DNA of 32,000 nt from Methanobacterium sp. BRmetb2 (GTDB lineage: Archaea > Methanobacteriota > Methanobacteria > Methanobacteriales > Methanobacteriaceae), in assembly GCA_003491285.1 (NCBI GenBank), contig CP022705.1, forward strand, positions 1,095,647-1,127,646, in the 5' to 3' direction. The notes beneath the pieces are model-generated. The model saw only the letters and a program-made list of their open reading frames with translations, was not told the DNA's origin and did not search any database. The position numbers were made by a program, and so were the translations under genes. Shown here piece after piece: positions 25,148 to 32,000 of the stretch (positions are counted from its first letter, which is position 1; every line of letters begins with the position of its first letter).

Positions 25148-26695
25148 TTATAGACCAAACCTTTCTATAAATCTAATCAATTTTTCCAATATTCCTGTCA
25201 ATGGACCTAATTTTTTAGAAACTTTTCTAAGCATTCTCAAATCTCTGGCTTCAAATCCTTTTAAAAATGTGAGAGATAGTAAATAAACTATTGGAGCTAT
25301 AATAATTGCCGCAACAAATCCTTCATAATTTTTAGGAAGCAATATTAATGGTAAACTCATTATAATTGTTGATACTAAAATTTTAGCAAAATCAAGATAA
25401 GGAGGAGTTACTTGAGTTTTTTGGAATGTTTGCCATAATATACCAACCATAATGACAAATGCCGCAATAGTGGTTGCCAGTGCTGCCCCAACAATTCCAT
25501 ACAAAGGAACCAATAAAAGGTTAAGTCCAAGGTTAATGGCTGTACCAATGAGGAGAATCATCATCGGTAATCTTGGATATCCTATTCCTTGAGATATACT
25601 TGCCGAAACCATGAATAATGTGTAGAAAGTCATACCAATAACCAGTATACTCAGTGCTTCTGCGCCCGGGACAAATTCAGAACCAAATAGTATTCCCATT
25701 AGGGGTGTTGCGAATATGGCTATACCTATACATAAAGGCAAAACCAGGAGTATAACGTAACGATATGATTGGACAATGTAATTTTTTAATAGGCCCTTAT
25801 CTTTAAGGGCGGCTGCTTCTGAAGCTGCCGGAAGTACTGCTGTTGCAACCGATAATGAAATAACCAGGGGTAATCTGGCGATAGGATCGGCAGCAGTATA
25901 GTACCCCACGTATTTGGTGGCCATGTAAGATCCAATAACAAATGTACTTATATCATATATGGCCATTTCAGAAAGAGCAGTTATAATAACTGGAATAGAA
26001 AATGCTAAAAGAGTTTTAATAAGTTTCAACTCATCCCAGAATCCCAACTTTTTTTCAGGCTCAGGTTCTGGTAAGTATTTCCAGAGAAACTTCCTAAATA
26101 TGAGAAATGCTGCTGCTGCTGACGCAATAAATCCTATAGCAGTTCCCATAACAGCTCCTGCAGCATAAAAGCCTATAGAAACCAAAACAACAGCCATAGT
26201 TATCATGAAAACTTGTTCCACAGCACGGGTAGCTACAATATATTCCATTTTATAGAATCCCTGAAAAGCTCCTCTAAATGCCCCTACAATCACGCTGAAA
26301 GGAGTAATAAGGGCCACGGCTTGTAAAGGGTACGTTGCTAAGGGTTTGTGGAATACGCTGTTGGCAATCCAATCCGCAGAAAAAAACATTACCAGGCTAA
26401 AAAAGATTCCTAAAATAACCATAAACTTTAGGGACGTGAAAATCACTTGTCTTACTTGATCATAGTCATCAAGGGCTTTATATTGGGATACATATTTTGC
26501 AATAGCTGGAGGCAGTCCTCCGGCAGATAATATCTGGAAGATGCCTTGAAAAGGTATGGTGAGTCCTAAAAGACCATAACCTTCCGGTCCTAGCAATCGG
26601 CTCATTAAAAACCTGTAGAAGTAACCGCCTACTCTGAAAAGAATGTAGCTTATCATCATCATGAAGCTACCTCTTACTAATTTTTCACTTCCCAT
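25148..26695 (-). CDS. MOP-superfamily polysaccharide/lipid-linked-oligosaccharide flippase (Wzx/MurJ-like)
   Basis: 515 aa with about 14 TM helices. The N-terminus SFMMMISYILFRVGGYFYRFLMSRLLGPEGYGLLG is typical of polysaccharide biosynthesis (flippase) proteins. Confidence 0.8.
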   Translation of the reverse strand: MGSEKLVRGSFMMMISYILFRVGGYFYRFLMSRLLGPEGYGLLGLTIPFQGIFQILSAGGLPPAIAKYVSQYKALDDYDQVRQVIFTSLKFMVILGIFFSLVMFFSADWIANSVFHKPLATYPLQAVALITPFSVIVGAFRGAFQGFYKMEYIVATRAVEQVFMITMAVVLVSIGFYAAGAVMGTAIGFIASAAAAFLIFRKFLWKYLPEPEPEKKLGFWDELKLIKTLLAFSIPVIITALSEMAIYDISTFVIGSYMATKYVGYYTAADPIARLPLVISLSVATAVLPAASEAAALKDKGLLKNYIVQSYRYVILLVLPLCIGIAIFATPLMGILFGSEFVPGAEALSILVIGMTFYTLFMVSASISQGIGYPRLPMMILLIGTAINLGLNLLLVPLYGIVGAALATTIAAFVIMVGILWQTFQKTQVTPPYLDFAKILVSTIIMSLPLILLPKNYEGFVAAIIIAPIVYLLSLTFLKGFEARDLRMLRKVSKKLGPLTGILEKLIRFIERFGL

Positions 26696-26957
26696 TATAT
26701 CACCAGAACTCTCTAAGAAATTGTTGAACTAATCAAATAAGAAAATAAGCAAACTTTAAGATTTTTGTTAACTTATGTATAAGATTAATTATTTAAAAGA
26801 TTTAATATTGATTAATTTTTTAATATCAAAAAGATTAATAGAAAAATAAACCTTAAATAGTTTGTTATTTTCAGATAAATTTAAATTAAATATCTGCCAT
26901 GCCATAAAATATTATTTTTAAAGACAGTTAATGAGCTGGTTTGTCCTAACTTATTGG

Positions 26958-27548
26958 CTATTCTTTTATTTCGAATTTTTCTAAAAATTTGACGAACATA
27001 TTAATAGTCTTTTTAAGACTTTTAAAACCATCTTTATCTGCCTTTACACCATCTAATGTGTCTTTTGACCAGAAATTAGCTCCCAAATTCGCCCCGAAAG
27101 ATCCACCACTTATAGGAATTATACCATTTAGGATGTAAAATGTGTGTATTTGTTGAAGGGCCAGTTCCTGTCCTCCTGCCCTATCTCCCCCCACGGAAAT
27201 TCCCATACCAACTTTATATCTCAGGGAATCATAATCAGCAGCACCCAGAGCTCGGCAACGATCCATCACAGCCTTTGTTTGGGCACTTATTCCTCCATTG
27301 TACATAGGACTGGCTATCACTATGCCTTCAGCATCTTTTAAAAGATCATAAACCTCATACATATCATCTTTCATTACACACTCTTTTTTTCTCAAACAGT
27401 AGTCACAATGTCTGCAGGGACTGATATCTTTCCCTCTGACTCCGAAAAATTGGGTTTCAAATCCTCGCTTTTCAAGTATTTTGAGAGCTTCATTTAAAAC
27501 ATAATCAGTGGCCTGTTTTCTAGGACTTCCGCATATTCCAACAATCAC
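26958..27548 (-). CDS. isf: Iron-sulfur flavoprotein / NADPH-dependent FMN reductase family
   Basis: MIVGICGSPRK is a flavodoxin-like start. The compact motif CRHCDYCLRKKEC (CxxCxxCx5C) is characteristic of methanogen ISF proteins. Confidence 0.8.
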   Translation of the reverse strand: MIVGICGSPRKQATDYVLNEALKILEKRGFETQFFGVRGKDISPCRHCDYCLRKKECVMKDDMYEVYDLLKDAEGIVIASPMYNGGISAQTKAVMDRCRALGAADYDSLRYKVGMGISVGGDRAGGQELALQQIHTFYILNGIIPISGGSFGANLGANFWSKDTLDGVKADKDGFKSLKKTINMFVKFLEKFEIKE

Positions 27549-27887
27549 GCTTATTTCTCCTTTATATTTTTAAATGATATTTATTAAGTCTTATTAATTA
27601 AATTTGGTATTTATAATTATTATAATAAATTCTACCTAGCTGCCTTTTAATCTAATGTTGAATTATTTATTATTGTAGTCACATAATATTGTTTATAGAG
27701 TTACATTAAATATTGTTTTAATAATTATAATCTATATCTTGAATTTGCAGGATTTGTGCGTGATTATATGGAAAATAACATTTAGGGGGGCTTGTAATAT
27801 TCTATACTATAATATGTTGTGGATGGTGCAAGGAAACGAACGAATTAATAATTTCATTTGATAAAAAAATATTAAAGGGGTGAAAAC

Positions 27888-29336
27888 ATGTTGTCTTATT
27901 CTTTAAGTGATGAAGAGATTGAAAAGTTAGTTAGTGAATCTGAGGAACTCTCTGGTGATGAGACTGTCAAAGCTTTAATGGCATATTATACCAAAGAGTC
28001 TCCCCGCTATAAGATTCCAGAGGATCCAATAGCAAATGATGTGGTTTACCACATGATCCGGAATGAACTGAAACTGGATGGTAACCCTTCACTGAATTTG
28101 GCCAGTTTTGTCACCACTGAAATGGACGAATATGCTAAGGATTTATTTATGGAAAATGCTGGAAAGAACTTTGTGGACCAGGATGAATACCCTTACTCTA
28201 ATTTAATACAGGAAAGAATTATAAGCATACTGGCCCGACTTTACAATGCACCAGAAGATACAAAACCTGTTGGAACTAGTGTTATCGGTTCATCAGAGGC
28301 CATACTCCTTGGTTTGTTGGCTCACAAATGGAATTGGAAGAAAAAAAGAGAAGCGGAGGGTAAATCAACTGATAAACCCAATATAATCTTTGGTGAAGAT
28401 GTGCACGTGGTGTGGAAGAAGTTTGCCAGATATTTCGATGTGGAACCTCGTATCATACCTATGGAGCATGATAATTATGTTATGAGTGTGGATCTTATCA
28501 GGGAAAGTATCGATGAAAACACTATATGTGTGGGCACCGTGCTGGGCACAACTTTCACTGGAGAGATGGATCCCATTTTTGAGATTAATGAAATGTTAGA
28601 AGAAATCAACAAAGAAAAAGGATGGAACATCCCTATTCATGTGGATGCTGCCAGTGGTGGATTTGTAGTTCCCTTCATATATCCGGAGATGGAATGGGAT
28701 TTCAGACTCCCACATGTCAGGAGTATTAATGTTTCTGGCCATAAGTATGGGTTGGTGTATCCGGGGGTTGGATTCCTGGTTTTTCGTGATGAATCCGACC
28801 TGCCGGATGACCTTATATTTGAGGTGAACTATCTGGGAGGGCTGATGCCTACCTATAACCTGAATTTTTCCAAGGGAGCCAGTACCATTATAGCCCAGTA
28901 CTTCAATCTCCTGGCCTTGGGAAAAAATGGATTCACTGCAATCATGGCTCTACTGTTTAACAATGCAGAGCATTTGGCAAAGAAGATGGATTCTTGTGGA
29001 AAATTTAAAGTAATAAATAATGAAACCCGAATCTTACCACTGGTAGCATTCGAACTGGATAATAAAGCAGATTTTGATGTCTTTGACTTCTCTGAGAGAA
29101 TAAGGCAGAAAGGATGGATCATCCCTGCTTATACCCTACCAAAAAATGTTGATGACAAGGCCATCATGCGCATTGTAATCCGGCTCACAATGAGCCGGGA
29201 ACAGGTAAACATCCTATTCAATGATTTGGTAGATGCATATGAAAGTCTACAAAGAGATATAGATGATGTTCTGCGCGAAGTCAAGCATTTAGAGAATCAG
29301 AAGTTCTCCAAAGAACACCCTGATACCATATGCTGA
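27888..29336 (+). CDS. gadB: Glutamate decarboxylase (PLP-dependent, group II)
   Basis: SINVSGHKYGLVYPGVGFLVFRD matches the GAD PLP-lysine motif (S-x-S-x-SGHK-x-G). HVDAASGGF is present and the length (482 aa) fits. GGGGTGA RBS precedes the start. Confidence 0.85.
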   Translation: MLSYSLSDEEIEKLVSESEELSGDETVKALMAYYTKESPRYKIPEDPIANDVVYHMIRNELKLDGNPSLNLASFVTTEMDEYAKDLFMENAGKNFVDQDEYPYSNLIQERIISILARLYNAPEDTKPVGTSVIGSSEAILLGLLAHKWNWKKKREAEGKSTDKPNIIFGEDVHVVWKKFARYFDVEPRIIPMEHDNYVMSVDLIRESIDENTICVGTVLGTTFTGEMDPIFEINEMLEEINKEKGWNIPIHVDAASGGFVVPFIYPEMEWDFRLPHVRSINVSGHKYGLVYPGVGFLVFRDESDLPDDLIFEVNYLGGLMPTYNLNFSKGASTIIAQYFNLLALGKNGFTAIMALLFNNAEHLAKKMDSCGKFKVINNETRILPLVAFELDNKADFDVFDFSERIRQKGWIIPAYTLPKNVDDKAIMRIVIRLTMSREQVNILFNDLVDAYESLQRDIDDVLREVKHLENQKFSKEHPDTIC

Positions 29337-29464
29337 TTTATTTATTTTTTTCAGCCAAATCTTATTTAAAAAGAGCAGGAAAAGAAAAAGAAATTATAAA
29401 AGAATTTTTTAGATTTTAAAACATAATTAAAAGAAAATAAGAAGAATTAAAAAAATTTAATTCT

Positions 29465-30685
29465 TTAAATAGACTCGTCTTCATCAAGGGCAAGTCGCAT
29501 TGTATCTGGATCTTGCGGCATATGTTCTAAAAAGTCTTCTGCAGCTCTTCTAACATCTCTGGATCCTATTATGTATCTTCCAACTACAATGATATCTGCT
29601 CCACTGTCCAGGGCTTCTTCTACTTTTTGAGGTGTTATTCCGCCGGCAACAGCTACCTGTTTTCCTTCACCTAGAATGTCTTTGATCTGGTTGATGTTAC
29701 CCCATTCAGTTATTTCTGCTTGTTCTTCTCCTCTCTCGGCTTTAAGGGTTTCCAGATCAACATTTCTATGTAACAGTACTATATCTGGTTTGAATCTTAA
29801 TTTACCAAGTTTTTCCACAAAATTATCCACATTCATCATGTCTAATATAGCGTATATCCCCTGTTTGGATGCCTCGTGAACTGCTTTTTCTATGGATTCA
29901 ATGGTTCCAAGCCCAGATATTGCAACTGCATCTGCTGTTTCATCCGCCGCCATTTTAACTTCTATTCTTCCAACGTCCAGTGTTTTAAGGTCGGCTATGA
30001 TAAATGCATCTTTTCGGAGTTCTCTGATTTTACTTACAATGCTCACACCAAATTTCTTAACCAGAGGTGTACCTGCCTCTAGGAGTATTCTTTCCCTGTC
30101 TGGTAGGCTGTTTATTATTCTTTCCATTTCTTCCATGTTATCCAGGTCAAGTGCTACTTGTAGGTAAGGTGGATTCCATAGTCTGACTACTCTGAATCCC
30201 ATGATTGGATGGGTTCCACGATCTTTTTCCCCTAACACTTTATCGATTGAAGGGTAGTTTTCCAGGGCTCTTTTCAGGGCTAATTTGGTTGCTCCATAAT
30301 TATATTGATATATTTTACGGAAATCTTCTGCCTCCGGATGGATAAATACACTGGCAATAATTACCAGATCTTCTACTTTGTCTTTGGGTATTATTCCTTC
30401 TGAGACTGCGTCGGCAACAGCTCTACCTACTGCAGTTTGTGCTGGGCCAAAAATTTTATCTGCATCTTTTAAATCTCTAACTGTTACTTTTGGAACAATC
30501 AAAGTTGATGGTTTGGTCATTAAGTTTGGTCTTATAACTGAGAGAAGTGGTGTGTGGCCTATTGAAAGCTGGGTTAAATTGTTTGCAAAAGCAGCACCAG
30601 CATGACCATCTTTACTACCTATAATTAGATCAACATGAGCTATTTCGTTACCATTTCCTATGAGGGCTTCCCCTATATTGTACAT
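29465..30685 (-). CDS. fae-hps: Bifunctional formaldehyde-activating enzyme / 3-hexulose-6-phosphate synthase
   Basis: The N-terminal Fae region reads [34 protein letters not shown]...HTPLL. The C-terminal HPS/OMPDC-like barrel reads YLQVALDLD...ADLKTLDVG...VAVAGGI. ATG at 30685 follows AGGAGG by 7 nt and is preferred over the ORF-track start at 30721. Confidence 0.9.
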   Translation of the reverse strand: MYNIGEALIGNGNEIAHVDLIIGSKDGHAGAAFANNLTQLSIGHTPLLSVIRPNLMTKPSTLIVPKVTVRDLKDADKIFGPAQTAVGRAVADAVSEGIIPKDKVEDLVIIASVFIHPEAEDFRKIYQYNYGATKLALKRALENYPSIDKVLGEKDRGTHPIMGFRVVRLWNPPYLQVALDLDNMEEMERIINSLPDRERILLEAGTPLVKKFGVSIVSKIRELRKDAFIIADLKTLDVGRIEVKMAADETADAVAISGLGTIESIEKAVHEASKQGIYAILDMMNVDNFVEKLGKLRFKPDIVLLHRNVDLETLKAERGEEQAEITEWGNINQIKDILGEGKQVAVAGGITPQKVEEALDSGADIIVVGRYIIGSRDVRRAAEDFLEHMPQDPDTMRLALDEDESI

Positions 30686-30951
30686 AACATTTCCTCCTAT
30701 ATAATAATTTGATCTAAACAATATAAATAAATAACATTTCTTTGTTGAAAACTTCTTAATATTAATCAGCTTATTTAAGTTAAATTGATTTTCTAATTCT
30801 AATTATAAATATTTTAATATTATAAAATTTTAAAAATCTTCTAAATTAAGATAATTCTTAAAAATTATCTAATAAAGCTGTAAATATCTATTTTAATTAT
30901 TTAAGTTAAAAAAAGAAATAAAATTTTTTTAATCTTATTTTATGTAGACAG

Positions 30952-31293
30952 CTATGGTCCACCAGTGTCACCAGTGTCACCGGTTTCAGTATTAGTTCCA
31001 TCATCAGTTTCGTCAGTATTTCCTCCGGTTCCATCATCAGTATTATCTGTAGTTGTACTCCCATTTCCAGTATTTGTAGTCCGTGTTGTTGTCGAGGTTG
31101 TTTGAGGTTGATAAGTGTCAGTAGTTCCTAAGGAATTATTATTAGCATAACTTGTGTTGGTGTTGTTTGCATCATATGATAATTGATCAAATGCCTGTTC
31201 TTGACTGGTAGCCAGTGCCATTATGACGTCATAGCCTCCGAGTACAAAAACAACAACCAGCATGCAAGCAATTAAAAGAGATTTTTTATCCAA
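30952..31293 (-). CDS. Small membrane-anchored protein with Thr/Asn/Asp/Gly-rich low-complexity ectodomain
   Basis: TTG start preceded by a perfect AGGTGAT RBS (5-nt spacer). The N-terminal TM helix is LLIACMLVVVFVLGG. The remainder is T/N/D/G-rich with no recognisable fold. Confidence 0.55.
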   Translation of the reverse strand: MDKKSLLIACMLVVVFVLGGYDVIMALATSQEQAFDQLSYDANNTNTSYANNNSLGTTDTYQPQTTSTTTRTTNTGNGSTTTDNTDDGTGGNTDETDDGTNTETGDTGDTGGP

Positions 31294-31543
31294 ATTAGAT
31301 CACCTAAATAAATTTTACATAGTAAATTAAAATTATATACTGTTATTGACATTATTCATATTTATATATATCGAAGTTAGTTAATTGATCAATTAAACAT
31401 AATTTTTTTATTATACTAGTTTAGTTAAACCAAAATTAGTTTATTATAACTCAAAATTATATAATAATTCTTTAAAATGTTACAATAAATTTAAAATGGA
31501 TTTAAAACGAATTCAATTTATTAAAAAGAAAAAAACAGGGAAT

Positions 31544-32000
31544 TTATATTTTCCCTTCTAAAAAGTCTTCGTATCCTTTTAAATCCAGCATTCCATGTCC
31601 AGAGAAGTTTATAATTATGTTTTTCTCTTCATTATTCTTTTTGCACTCTAAAGCCATATCCATACCTACTTTTATTGCGTGGCATGTTTCTGGAGCAGGT
31701 ACTACTCCTTCGGCTTTAGCAAAAGTAGCTCCACTGGTGAATATATCGTGTTGGGATACTGAGCGTGATTCAATAATGCCTTCATGAGCAAGCAGTGCTA
31801 CTAGAGGTGCCATTCCATGGTATCTGAGGCCGCCGGCGTGTACAGATGGAGGGATGAAATCATGCCCTAAAGTATACATTTTTAGAAGCGGTGTTAAACC
31901 GGCAGTATCACCATAGTCGTACCGGTATTCTCCTTTAGTTAAGGTTGGACAAGATTTCGGTTCTGCAGCTACAAATCTACAGTCAAGGTTTCCGTCTAGT
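31544..32000 (-). CDS. trpB2: TrpB2-type tryptophan synthase beta-like PLP enzyme (C-terminal part; gene continues beyond the window)
   Basis: The ORF-track fragment contains HAGGLRYHG, PAPETCHAI and NFSGHG. I translated 31880-32000 by hand and the frame stays open (…VAAEPKSCPTLTKGEYRYDYGDTAGLTPLLKMYTLGHDF), so the N-terminus lies off-window. Confidence 0.85.
   Translation of the reverse strand, partial: LDGNLDCRFVAAEPKSCPTLTKGEYRYDYGDTAGLTPLLKMYTLGHDFIPPSVHAGGLRYHGMAPLVALLAHEGIIESRSVSQHDIFTSGATFAKAEGVVPAPETCHAIKVGMDMALECKKNNEEKNIIINFSGHGMLDLKGYEDFLEGKI

Noticed and set aside
29676-30605. Several 67-91 aa plus-strand ORFs inside fae-hps
   Set aside because: They are antisense to a confidently identified bifunctional Fae-Hps gene. 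Their composition is low-complexity Ser/Leu and they have no start context.

Overview
AT-rich (about one third GC) chromosomal window from a pseudomurein-walled methanogen. I infer Methanobacteriaceae (Methanobacterium/Methanobrevibacter-like) from mtd, a fused fae-hps, trpB2, GGTGAT/GGAGG ribosome-binding sites and TTTATATA promoters. The window has two parts.

(1) Positions 1-14.6 kb hold an accessory-looking tandem array of seven same-strand paralogous genes for secreted proteins. The array is interrupted only by one opposite-strand radical-SAM gene. The paralogs share:
- a conserved leader (GGAGGCGGTATAATTAAGCGA);
- a near-identical signal peptide (KKFFxALLACSFLMLFSMAGVNA|AE);
- an acidic linker rich in N-glycosylation sequons;
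- zero to three copies of an exactly 441-bp (147-aa) unit built from pseudomurein-binding-repeat-like motifs;
- one of four different C-terminal domains.

The four C-terminal domains are a classical transglutaminase/Pei-like Cys-His-Asp core, a minimal Cys-His-Glu variant of that core, a TIM-barrel glycoside-hydrolase-like domain, and a Cys-rich zinc-ribbon-like domain. The array shows mosaic recombination, with 324-bp, 160-bp, 88-bp and 51-bp near-identical patches. At least five of the seven genes appear to start at a conserved non-canonical ATT codon. A conserved non-coding module of roughly 270-340 bp lies upstream of the four large genes.

(2) Positions 14.6-32 kb hold ordinary methanogen housekeeping and envelope genes: lemA plus a DUF2207 gene, a CbiA/CfbB amidase, a polytopic membrane protein plus a MurG-like glycosyltransferase, mtd, a DUF4013-like gene, flavodoxin, hisB, a ferredoxin, a ModE-like regulator, a MOP flippase, an iron-sulfur flavoprotein, glutamate decarboxylase, fae-hps and trpB2.

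I saw no rRNA, tRNA, CRISPR, transposase or integrase. All family assignments come from motifs read by eye; no database search was run.
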